From contig NW_026854188.1 of assembly GCF_026571515.1 (NCBI RefSeq), forward strand, positions 372,001-436,000: a stretch of 64,000 bases of DNA. The letters are read 5' to 3'. The stretch is from Ruditapes philippinarum. Lineage: Eukaryota. The position numbers and the translations under genes are program-made. Under the pieces are notes generated by a model. The model was not told the DNA's origin and searched no databases. It saw nothing but the letters and a program-made list of their open reading frames with translations. Below are positions 13,110-24,400 of the stretch, in pieces; positions within the stretch are counted from its first letter, which is position 1, and each line of letters starts with the position of its first letter.

Positions 13110-15164
13110 GTGTTGTGTTGTGTTGTGTTGTGTTGTGGTGTGTGTGCGTGCGTGTGTAATTAAAAAGTTAGCTTGTTTTTTATGAAATCTTTTAACAATT
13201 ACACATTTCAGATTGTTGACCTCGGAACGACGGGAGTTGCTTGTTGAAGATCTCGAAACAGATGGTTGGGAGATGATTTTCCGAGCTACATCATGTAATG
13301 GGCAAAACGTGTATAAAGCCTGGACAACAGGTGGGTAGTTTAAAAGCACATTAATCCTAAGAATTGAATATCTTATATCAAACATATGTTTGATACTTGA
13401 TAAATGATGGATTTATACTTCATAAATGATGGGTTTCAGGCATCTTATATGTTTTTGATTTTAAGAAACTGTGTCGCCTATTCAGAAAATTACACAAAAC
13501 GGACTAAAAACAGAAAGTTTTTTTAGGTCAGACCGCTGATGTTCGTCTGTAAAAAAAATTTTGAGTCCGTTATATACAACGCAGACACTCTAAGAAACTT
13601 CACGCAATTACAATCCACATGCATTACATTTACAGATGTTTCATTGGGGGGTTTGTTTAAATGTCTAGCATCGTTTAGCGATTCAATTTCATGAACACTT
13701 TTTGTTAAGATTCTATCTCGTTTTTTCATGTATTGATATCAGTCAGTTTGCATAAAATATTTTACAAATACAAGAACAAAAAACATTATAAAAATAAAAC
13801 ATACAAAATCACAATGATGAACGGCATGCAATATCTCAGACGACAACTTAAATGATGAAATTACATATGGCGAACATAATAAAATATATTTAGCTATCTA
13901 CAACAAATAAATGCGTTAATTAACAAGGTGAATTAACAGTACAGAAAATGAAATATAATAAATATATGAAAATCAGTGTCAGAGGTAGTGGGTCCATTTT
14001 GCGACATTTTCTTCGTAAGCATTGCAGCTTGTGAACACACCAGAGCAATATATTTTGTCGACGACTGCATGAAAATGCAATAGAACTACAAATATTAATA
14101 AATTTAGAGGAAAGTCAGGAGGGTAGAATTGCATTTCGGTTTATTTATCTATTTTATGTTTTTTTGTCTTCTAAAAAAGAATTTGTATCTTATAAAAAAA
14201 TAAAAATGTTGACAACTAAAACTGTGATCAACCTTTTTTTCGCTTTCACATACGGGGGTTAAAGTGCATTCTGGATAAGCGGATATTCACATATATTTTA
14301 CCGATGCTCAATTTTGAGATCCATATGAGATTTATATACCCCGAGTAGCATTACATTAACAAACAAAAGCTGCTGATTCAAAACGTTATAAGTTTACATA
14401 GTATCATAGACTGTAACAGGCTCATCCATTGTTAAAGTTGACTGTAATCACATAATTTCGAATACATAATGTTATATATTATACAAGTTATACTCAGTTT
14501 ATATATTTATCCTTTTCTCACTCCAGTACTTCCTCATTTAATACACTGTCATTTAAATGTTAACAGATATAGCCTTCTAATTTGAGAATAACAACAAAAC
14601 AATTAGCCCTGATTATTAACGACGAATGGTATTTTTATCTTAATTCTTTTCTTATCGGCAGGGGCTAGTACATGTTCCGACAAGCCAGCTTCAATGGAGC
14701 GATCATATTCGAGTCACTTCAGAAACAATATTGTCTCAAACTGGGTCAATATTGGAGTAAAGTATGTCAAATATGCATTCTACAAAAACAACAAAGAGGT
14801 CGCTTATGTCAAATTCAATGCAACCGGAAGTAACATCAACTCCTGGTTCGACAAAAGTCGAGTTCTAGCCTCCAGTTACACGGATTTAACATCAACAAGT
14901 GTTTATAATATATTCTCGATTGCTGGATATCACATTCCAGGAAGTTTCGAGCGTCGCTTTCATATCAACAAAGCTTATGGCGGATGTGACGTAGATATTG
15001 GTCATATGGTTGTTTCAGAAGAAATCCCTCCCAAAAAAGGATGTTTCTGGGATATTCATCCAACATATCCACAATTCCTGTATTCAAAAATAAATTCTGT
15101 GGACGTCTGGAACAGGAGAATGTTCGGACGAGCCGATTACATGGCAATATTTATAAACATCTAG
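12774..15164 (+). CDS. Uncharacterised secreted protein, paralog B, 3 exons, 277 aa
   Basis: Exons 12774-12985 (TCAAG|gtaag), 13212-13330 (ttcag|A...LLTSERRELLVEDLETDGWEMIFRATSCNGQNVYKAWTT G|gtggg) and 14662-15164 (ggcag|GG ASTCSDKPASMERSYSSHFRN...FGRADYMAIFINI*). Total 834 nt, in frame. AATAAA follows the stop at about 15186. Confidence 0.9.
13077..13157. repeat. (TG)n + (TTGTG)n microsatellite in intron 1 of paralog B
   Basis: Seen directly in the sequence. Confidence 0.92.
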
Positions 15165-15919
15165 ATACAAATATGAGCTTTGAAAAATAAAACTTTTTTC
15201 TCTTCTTTTATGACATTGTTAATGGCGTAAACAATTTATCTTTGGTTTATAAACTATGTCAATAAGTAAGGTTTTTCAGTCATTATTTTTTTTTAAATAC
15301 ATATAAGTTACTCTGGCATGATTGTTTTCAGTATTATTGTATAAAAAAAAGCTCCTTAATAATATTACAGTTGAGGGATATGAAACAGTTTGTTGCATAC
15401 GCTAAAATCAACGGAAATAAAACATTATCTAACACAAAAAGTGTTCTTCTTTTCTAGTGTTCCATCTAGCTCTTGATGAAATATCCTACCTGACCAATAA
15501 TATATAGGAAATACACATGTATAGTTCATATTGAAGTGACCTTATAAATAATTGTACTTGCAATTCTTTAAGTTGACTTTTAAATCAAAATGTCATTTTA
15601 AGATTTTAAAATTATAACATAACTATGATAAAATTTAGTGTGTATGGACAATATGTCACTAAGAAGTAAGAAATTTAAAATACAAAAAAATATTAGATTT
15701 AACTTAATCATGCAGTATGTGAAAAGAAATTGACGTTTCTTTCAAAATTTAAAATAGAATACTATACAACGCGGTGATAAAATATAATGCAACACATAAT
15801 TCAACAGAAAACAGTACAATAAAACACATTACAATAAAATGAAATATATGCATTGTACAATAAATACAATACGATACGATAAAAGTCAATTAAAATGAAG
15901 TGCAATGTAAATACACACC

Positions 15920-16195
15920 GATACAGCACAGCACAGTACAGTACATTTCAGTTCAGCTCAGCTCAGCTCAGTTCAGTTCAGTTCAGTTCAGTCCAGTCCA
16001 GTCCAGTCCAGTTCAGTTCAGTTCAGTCCAGTCCAGTCCAATCCAGTTCAGTTCATTCAGTTCAGTTTAGTAGAGCACAGTTCAGTACAGTGCAGTGTTC
16101 AAAGTGCAGCGCAGTCCAGTCCAGTACAATACAGAGCAGACTAGCGCAGTACAATACAGTACAACTCAATTAAATACAATACAATACAAAACAAT
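15920..16195. repeat. Compound pentanucleotide microsatellite (CAGTT/CAGTC/CAATA)n
   Basis: Seen directly in the sequence. Confidence 0.9.
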
Positions 16196-16659
16196 ACGAT
16201 GTCCTTCAACAGATCAATCAATTTCATCCTGCAAAACTATGCTGGCGATAATGAAGAGGTGTCATCTCTGTTATCTAACATCATTCCATATCCTTATCTC
16301 CTGTAGCTTTAAAGTATACTTGCTTTATCCTTGCAGTAATAAACATATGATAAATGTTCCGTAAACTTTTTAAGTGCTTGCAGTCTATACATTATGACCG
16401 TTAACAATGGTATTATCTTTAGATTCGACATTCCTTAGTTTGCACCTATCCTTTTTGACAGGGTGCTTAATTGACTGAAATACTTATTCAAGAAACAAAA
16501 ATACAAAAATATATATGTTTTATTGAAATAAACTATGATGTTATGTATACGAAGTCGAACGGCTTGAAAGGAGGCAACTTTGGAGCGAGAGTTTTAATAA
16601 CCCCGCCAAACCGGCAGCATTCTTTAGTATTCGGATTCATAACATGTGACCTTTAAATA

Positions 16660-16972
16660 GAGGATATTGAATGAGTGTTGGTTTAATACTGAATTTATTG
16701 AACTAGTTAAATAAATTATATCATGCGTGCCTCTGGTGAGCATAATACAATTTTATTCAACGAGTTTAAAAAATTCAGTAATGCACTTACACGAATTTAA
16801 TATTCTATTTATCACATACATAAAATAAAGACCTTTTGAAGCGGACAAGATACATTTTCCATTGACGCGCCCATAGTATAAGGCTTACATTTAGCGCGTT
16901 TTCAAGTATATATGCTCGGCCTTGCAATATCATTTTTACGGAGTCGCAAAAGCGGCACGGGTATGTGATAAA
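16660..16972 (+). mobile_element. Unclassified interspersed element with internal inverted repeats (second copy, reversed and interrupted, at 35183-35388 + 38147-38293)
   Basis: GGAGTCGCAAAAGCGGCACGGGTATGTGATAAA is matched in reverse at 35183-35215. The left part is matched in reverse at 38150-38290. Confidence 0.7.
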
Positions 16973-18783
16973 ACAGAGAACTGGCCGCTTTTAAAATAGT
17001 TACTTTCATTGAGTTATTTGAATAGGTCTAATTCTAATATCAAACATAGGTATGGGCGGTCCGGTCCTGTATGTAATAGAAAGAGCACCGAAACACGAGG
17101 CTATCTGATTTGTACGAGGGGGCGTAGCCCCCGAGTATAAATCAGATTGCCGAGTGTTTTGGTGTTCTTTCTCTTTTGTATCATAGTCAAACATGACAGC
17201 ACGTTCCCTGTTGTCATAATATGAAACCCCAGAAAAAATTAACCAATGAACGAGCATTTGAATATGATAGTTCTGCCCCTTTCCCTGTCTCTGCCGTCAC
17301 AATATGTAAACCCCGGCAAAAATGAACCAATCCACGGGCATTATCTGGAGTGCGGGTAACTGATACCCGCACTCCAGTTACCGCACTGTGCATGTATATG
17401 TATACGATTTAACTCTGACACTTTTTCAACAGAAAGGTACCCAACCTATGATACAATAAATTATTGTCAATTAGAATTTCCGCTTTTCCAATCAAAATTA
17501 CCAACATACCCAGTTTCGGTTTACATTTTAAAGAGAGCCCCGGTATCAAGCAGTTATATAAATATGCTAGAAATACATGTGTTTATTGTAACGATGGGGT
17601 AGTTGTGTCGGACCCGGGTCTTTCAAATTCTATTTGAAAGACCCTGGTCGAGTGTTGTTATAATAATAACATTTAAGTGGTTTTTTTCCCCATCCTTAAG
17701 CAATCAAAAATGACGATTTTTTGAGAGTGCATTTTTGCCGACACAAATAGTATATACAGTCATGTACATTCAAAATGAATTTTTACTTTTTATGCCTTTA
17801 CATATTTTTTTTTGAAATTACATAGATTTATATTGTTGTTTTTTTTTTGTCTTATATATCCCTTTAGTATTGTACTTAATCGTATCGGCATTGTCCATCG
17901 TATCCCCCAATGACGTCATCCAAGGGCGACAACTTGAATACGGTCTTAAATGAAAGGGTCTATTACTTTACTTCCTTTTTTAATTCGATTTAAATACTAA
18001 TATCTTCTGCTGATGTCACTGAATTAAGCTTGCACGGTTTGTCGTCTGCTAGACTCAATATTCTCTTGGCCATGTCGTTTCCGTCATCGTACCACCAACA
18101 GAAACTAATAAAATATGTGTCATGTTTAAATTATGGTAGATCTAATTGTTATATGATCAACCGCTTTAGCTTGATAATAAATACATTGGAACGTCATACC
18201 TACGTCAGTACCCTTTTTCTTTGCGAAACGTCAAATTTGCTTTGCATCGACACGCAAGACCGCTTATGAACATTAAAAAACAATAACGAAAAATGTAATA
18301 AGACTCGAACGTTTTGCCTGTCATAAATTTTGTGATAAACTTACTAAGAGTTATGCTTTAATTAATTTATTTATTTATAGATCTACTGTAACTTTTTGTG
18401 AACCGCTGGAGGTTATTCGCGCTCTACTGACTGATACTAAAATCGCTAAGACTGTAGTTACTTCCCTTAGATTAGTTTTCGCCATTTACCCGCATGCAAT
18501 TATTAAAAACGTACGGGAAGTTTTATAGTGCTTTTTATCAAAACTTGACACGGACATGTTATATATCTGATTGGTACAGAGTGGTTTAATATTTAACAAG
18601 TAATAAGAAATGATAAGTACCGTAAAATGCTACGAAACAAGTGAAAATACGAATTATCAAAGTGCATATATAACCGGATAGCAAATTGCCCGTACATGTA
18701 TATTTTCAAACAATAAATGCTGCTATACTGTGAAAATAATCTGTTTTAATTGACAACCATCTGTTCAACATAAGAGTCTCATC

Positions 18784-19239
18784 ATGACTGAATTTTCCAG
18801 CAAGGTCTTTGAATATGAGAAATTTGTGAATGAAAAACTTAAAGAAGATTTGAGGTTGATACTTGAACAAAGAGATAAAACTTATCAGCAAATTGCTGAA
18901 TACTTACAACTTAAAACTTCCATCGAAAAGATACAAGAAGTCAAGCTTACAGAAGGTCTAAAGACTAAAGTGGATCTTGGTTGTAACTTTTATGTCCAGG
19001 CAAATGTGCCAGACTCCTCGAGAATCTTTGTATTTATAGGATTTGGTTTCTTTTTAGAAATGACCCATGATGAAGCCCTTAAATTTATAGGCAAAAGAAC
19101 AAAGTTACTAAACGTGCATGTAGAAAAATTGACAGACGATGCAGCTAAGGTTAAAGCAAATATTAGGTTAGTCCTCGAAGGTTTAAGAGAGTTGCAACAT
19201 ATCAGCAATGAACAAGAAACACCAAAAAGGGAAATGTAA
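18784..19239 (+). CDS. UXT: Protein UXT homolog (alpha-prefoldin-like subunit), single coding exon, 151 aa
   Basis: Recognisable UXT motifs: KVFEYEKFVNEKLKEDL, YLQLK, KTKVDLGCNFYVQANVPDSSRIFVFIGFGFFLEMTHDEAL, VKANIRLVLEGLRELQ. Helix - beta hairpins - helix prefoldin-alpha layout. Uninterrupted ORF. Confidence 0.93.
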   Translation: MTEFSSKVFEYEKFVNEKLKEDLRLILEQRDKTYQQIAEYLQLKTSIEKIQEVKLTEGLKTKVDLGCNFYVQANVPDSSRIFVFIGFGFFLEMTHDEALKFIGKRTKLLNVHVEKLTDDAAKVKANIRLVLEGLRELQHISNEQETPKREM

Positions 19240-19272
19240 GTATAATTACATGTATATGTATCAGTTGACCTT

Positions 19273-19772
19273 TTCGAAAACCTAGCTTAACACCATTTTC
19301 CGGTACGTTACGGATTTAGCTGTGGGGAATTACACCAAATGATGTGCATAACACAGTTACATGATATTTCTATTTTTCTATTATTATTTTACGGTTTAAG
19401 GTGAAAAAAATTGACGTATTTGAAAATTATCAATATTCCTTTAATATCTATTTCAATTTTTTCAAAAAATAAATTGTTTATAATGAAAATCAATAAAATT
19501 AAAACAGACGTAGTAACATCTTCCATAATAAATTAGGTTATTTTCTGCGTAAAAGTGTGTATATACTTTATTTTTTGTATGGAATTACTTATACATGTAT
19601 GTTCATATAATGATATTTAATTATTTTCTTATAAAGAAATAACTGTTTTATTTCAATTTAATTTAAAAAAGGCCGAAAACATTGAGTTCGCTATTACACT
19701 CCATTAGGTGAATTCCTCAGAGCTATGTAAAGAAAGTACCGGAAAATGGCATTTAATAGCTAGGTTTTTGAA
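19273..19772. mobile_element. ~500-bp MITE-like element directly downstream of the UXT stop codon
   Basis: About 70-bp imperfect inverted repeats: TTCGAAAACCTAGC..CCATTTTCCGGTAC..TAGCT..GGAATT..ACC versus GGTGAATTCC..AGCTA..GTACCGGAAAATGG..GCTAGGTTTTTGAA. Confidence 0.75.
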
Positions 19773-19896
19773 TTTGTGAATACTCCATTAGTCAAAAGTC
19801 AATGATTTTTTAGAAGCAATACAAGAACTGCTAATCATTGGTGGTAGAATGGACATGTCAGATTGTTTAAAGGGGGACTCTAGATCAAGACAGGGG

Positions 19897-20115
19897 GGGC
19901 CTCCGTGGTTAAGGTCGGTGACTTGAGATCACAGGTCCCTCACTGCTGTAGGTTCGATCCTCACTCAGGTCGAAATCTTTCATGTGAGGAAGCCATCGGG
20001 GCATCCAGCTGGCTTACAGAAGGTCGGTGGTTCTACCTAGGTGCCCGCTTGTGCCTGAAATAATGCCCGGAGGGGCACCTAGGGACTTCATGATCATCCA
20101 TCAATGAAGCTCGAA
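19897..20115 (+). mobile_element. tRNA-head SINE, same family as 2086-2272
   Basis: GTGGTTAAGG A-box remnant, GGTTCGATCC B box, same body sequence. Confidence 0.8.
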
Positions 20116-21216
20116 AAAATCTCGGCGGGACGCTCTAGGATGGCCTGACTTGAGTGTACGGTCGCCCATATGGGCTTTCTGGCGGCGACCTTAAATAAAC
20201 GCATTAAAAAAAAGACAGGGAGATGGATCTTTTAAGGTCAATATCACTATGTTAAAAGTCTTATTATTGAACAAAATTAATTGATTTTGTGTTGAACATA
20301 TGTAAAATGTGTACATGGCACAAGGTGGACTGTTTTGATTCATTTATGTTTTTTTATATTTCTTATTTTAAAACATTGTTCACACAATTAAAAGTAGACT
20401 AAATTAAAATATAGTAACTGAGTAACTTTATTTTACATAACAGCATTATACAGGTTGTTTCCCCCAACCAACAGGCTGTTTCCCTGTATTTTCTTCTAAC
20501 ATGGAGTTATGTTTCCAATTTAGCAGAAAAAAAGTTCTGTAACTGCAGTAAAAAGAGAGTAAAATTACCAATTAAACAGCATGGTCATTTAAGATGCTTT
20601 AGATCCTTATTGTTACAAAGTCTATGTTCATTGTGTTAGCTGGTCATAATCAAGCTTTTGTTATGTTATGTTTATTTAGTTATATGTTATGTTTAGTAAG
20701 TTAATTTAGTTATGGAAATCTTGTAAAATGTTATTTATATGATTAAACGCCTGAAAAGGCCCATGATTGAAAATAAAATTTCATAAATTTTATTTGGTGT
20801 ATGATAATATCAAAATAAAAGTATGATAATTGGTTAATGTATGGACCGTGGTGAATGTTAATATCAAAATAAATTATGTTAATTAGATAATGTACATGTA
20901 TGGTCAGTCATTTCCCAATATATGTCCGTCCTTTGCTGATCTATGTTCTGCCCTGTGCTGATCTGTGTTACGCCTTGAAATGGCCTGCCCTGTTGCACAG
21001 TCTGCTCTGTTCCTTAATATTGTATAAGTTATGTTTGTTAAGTCATTTTCAGAAAAAAGTGACGAATGAACATGTTATCTATTAATAGTTATATGACATT
21101 TACATTTGTAATACATTATTTAACAGCAGGGCACTCATGATGGTATGAAATAAAATTGTTAAAGCTATGATAAACAGTGTGAAGTGTACGCACTGCATTG
21201 TAATATGTGTAATGAA

Positions 21217-22972
21217 ATGATTCCCCACAATCAGTCATTATCAAAACACCACATATTATCACAATCAGTCAACATCAAATCCCCACATACAATGATTTAC
21301 CACAATCAGTCAATATCAAATCACCACATTCAATGATTTACCACAATCAGTCAATATCAAATCACCACATTCAATGATTTACCACAATCAGTCAATATCA
21401 AATCACCACATACAATGATTCACCACAATCAGTCAATATCAAATCCCCACATACAATGATTTACCACAATCAGTCAATATCAAATCACCACATTCAATGA
21501 TTTACCACAATCAGTCAATATCAAATCACCACATACAATGATTTACCGCAATCAGTCAATATCAAATCACCACATACAATGATTCACCACAATCAGTCAA
21601 CATCAAATCACCACATTCAATGATTTACCACAATCAGTCAACATCAAATCCCCACATTCAATGATTCGCCACAATCAGTCAATATCAAATCACCACATTC
21701 AATGATTTACCACAATCAGTCAATATCAAATCACCACATACAATGATTCACCACAATCAGTCAATATCAAATCACCAAATACAATGATTCACCACAATCA
21801 GTCAACATCAAATCAACCATACAATGATTCACCACAATCAGTCAATATCAAATCAACACATACAATGATTCACCGCAATCAGTCAATATCAAATCACCAC
21901 ATACAATGATTCACCGCAATCAGTCAATATCAAATCAACCATACAATGATTCACCACAATCAGTCAATATCAAATCAACCATACAATGATTCACCACAAT
22001 CAGTCAATATCAAATCACCACATACAATGATTCACCACAATCAGTCAATATCAAATCAACACATACAATGATTCACCACAATCAGTCAATATCAAATCTC
22101 CACATTCAATGATTCACCATAATCAGTCAATATCAAATCCCCACATACAATGATTTACCACAATCAGTCAATATCAAATCACCACATTCAATGATTCACC
22201 ATAATCAGTCAATATCAAAGTCCCACATACAATGATTCACCACAATCAGTCAATATCAAAGTCCCACATACAATGATTCACCGCAATCAGTCAATATCAA
22301 ATCACCACATACAATGATTCACCATAATCAGTCAATATCAAAGCACCACATACAATGATTCACCACAATCAGTCAATATCAAATCACCACATACAATGAT
22401 TCACCACAATCAGTCAATATCAAATCACCACATACAATGATTCACCACAATCAGTCAATATCAAATCACCACATACAATGATTCACCACAATCAGTCAAT
22501 ATCAAATCACCACATTCAATGATTTACCACAATCAGTCAATATCAAATCACCACATTCAATGATTTACCATAATCAGTCAATATCAAATCACCACATTCA
22601 ATGATTTACCACAATCAGTCAATATCAAATCACCACATACAATGATTCACCACAATCAGTCAATATCAAAATATCAAATCACCACATTCAATGATTCACC
22701 ACAATCAGTCAATATCAAATCACCACATTCAATGATTTACCACAATCAGTCAATATCAAATCACCACATTAAATGATTTACCACAATCAGTCAATATCAA
22801 ATCACCACATACAATGATTCACCACAATCAGTCAATATCAAATCACCACATTCAATGATTTACCACAATCAGTCAATATCAAATCACCACATTCAATGAT
22901 TCGCCACAATCAGTCAATATCAAATCACCACATACAATGATTTACCGCAATCAGTCAATATCAAATCATCAC
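21217..22972. repeat. 41-bp tandem satellite, ~43 copies
   Basis: Unit ACAATGATTCACCACAATCAGTCAATATCAAATCACCACAT repeated head-to-tail. Period of 41 checked at 21301 and 21342. No unique spacers. Confidence 0.95.
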
Positions 22973-23095
22973 ACTATTTAGGGGATAAGATGTGTAAGCA
23001 GTGGGATAGCTCAGTTGGTAGAGCCTCGGTACGGTATTCTGAGGGTCCTGGGTTCGAGTCTCGGTCAGGCTGCACATTTTTCTCACCCTGTGACA
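22969..23095 (+). mobile_element. tRNA-derived Pol III element (pseudo-tRNA, nominal anticodon GGT) ending in an LTR-like TGTGACA terminus
   Basis: A box TAGCTCAGTTGG 23007-23018, B box GGTTCGAGTC 23051-23060, D and T arms pair, T5 terminator at 23077-23081, then CCCTGTGACA. The acceptor stem has 2 mismatches and position 33 is C, so it is not a canonical tRNA. Confidence 0.6.
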
Positions 23096-23369
23096 TAAAT
23101 ATTTGTTATCCTAATCTTTTACTATTACTTTTATTATTCATGTTCACCCTTGGGTAGCGCCTCAGTTCATATTTGTGTCAGAAAGCTTGTATTCTTCAGT
23201 ATATCCTGTCAGCAACTTGTATATCACAATTTTAAATTTACCTATTTATAAGGGTTCATTATCCCTAAAATAAAATTTTATGGATTTTTAGGGTTAATTA
23301 TTTTAATGCATTCCAAAAAGGGAGCATATACATTTGTAATTGCTGTCTTGGCTGTGTTTCCAATTGTCC

Positions 23370-23760
23370 TTCTGTCCATGCATCCCTCACACTCACTGTG
23401 TCCATCTGTCCTTGTGTCCATGCATCCCTCACACTCACTGTGTGTCCTTGTGTCCATGCATCCCTCACACTCACTGTGTGTCCTTGTGTCCATGCATCCC
23501 TCACACTCACTGTGTGTCCTTCTGTCCATGCATCCCTCACACTTACTGTGTGTCCATCTGTTCTTCTGTCCATCCATCCCTCACACTCACTGTATGTCCA
23601 TCTGTCCGTCTGTCCATCCATCCCTCACATTCACTGTGGGTCCATCTGTCTTTGTGTCCATCCATCCCTCACACTGACTGTGTGTCCATCTGTAATGCTG
23701 TCCATCCATCCCTCACACTCACTGTGTGTCCATCTATCAATCTGTCCATCCCTCACACTC
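23370..23760. repeat. 36/48-bp minisatellite (TGTCCATGCATCCCTCACACTCACTGTGTGTCCTTG)
   Basis: About 9 head-to-tail units. This repeat produces the spurious HSECEGCMDTRT and SMHPSHSLC ORFs. Confidence 0.9.
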
Positions 23761-24400
23761 AAGTCTGAAGAAAACTATTACAAGTATTGAATGAATTGAA
23801 TCAAACTTCACACAGTGATAGAAAACAATTGACGGGAAGTGCAGAGTTCAAGAATCATTACTTTATCTTCCTTTGATTTTTTACTTAACTCCCTGAAGCT
23901 AATGCTCTCGGGGTGTTTAAATTTAAAATTATCAATGATATTTCATTGGAACTTTACACTGTTACATAGACAAGTAAGAGAAAGTTAACCCTTAAAGATC
24001 TTCAACTGTACAGTGTTTAGTTTTTTTAAATTTGTGAAATAAAAAAATTCTTTTTACTTTCAGATTTTGAAAAGGCAACAATGAAATAGCAGACAAGAGG
24101 TTTATGGACAATGATTAATGATGTGTACACAAGGATTTGATAAAAGACTTGACAGTTTAAAATTTTATTGCTATTCATTAGTTTTAATCCTTAACACTCA
24201 ATTTTAAATGGACTTGTACATGCTTCAATCTGGACATAACACTTCATCATTTAAAGTTTTAGGGAAAATTACAAAATATGTACTGACCTAATAGTGAAGT
24301 TTAGACAGTGCAAACCATGATAAACCAAACTATATTAAGAGATAATCCTGTGGCAAAATACTTCATGTCTTTGTTAAAGTTGTTCAAGTAAGAATTGTAC

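Noticed and set aside
15895-16364. Ser/Gln-rich ORF (SSVQF repeats)
   Set aside because: Translation of a pentanucleotide microsatellite.
12332-17257. Similar ORFs 12332-12562 (+) and 17006-17257 (-) sharing DTKEKEHQN..DLYSG
   Set aside because: Similarity is explained by a DNA-level inverted repeat with indels and different starts and stops. No evidence of coding constraint.
17990-18125. Possible divergent first exon opposite UXT (MAKRILSLADDKPCKLNSVTSAEDISI on -)
   Set aside because: Ends in a stop after 27 codons, has no convincing donor and no recognisable homology.
21217-22972. CRISPR-like regularly spaced 41-bp repeats
   Set aside because: Units are contiguous with no unique spacers, there are no cas genes, and the context is eukaryotic. 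It is a satellite.
22998-23073. Functional tRNA-Thr(GGT) gene
   Set aside because: Mismatched acceptor stem, T-T mismatch closing the anticodon stem, C at position 33, and an anticodon not normally used in eukaryotes.
23278-23790. Cys/His-rich ORFs on both strands (metallothionein- or zinc-finger-like)
   Set aside because: Produced by a 36/48-bp minisatellite open in five frames. No splice or homology support.
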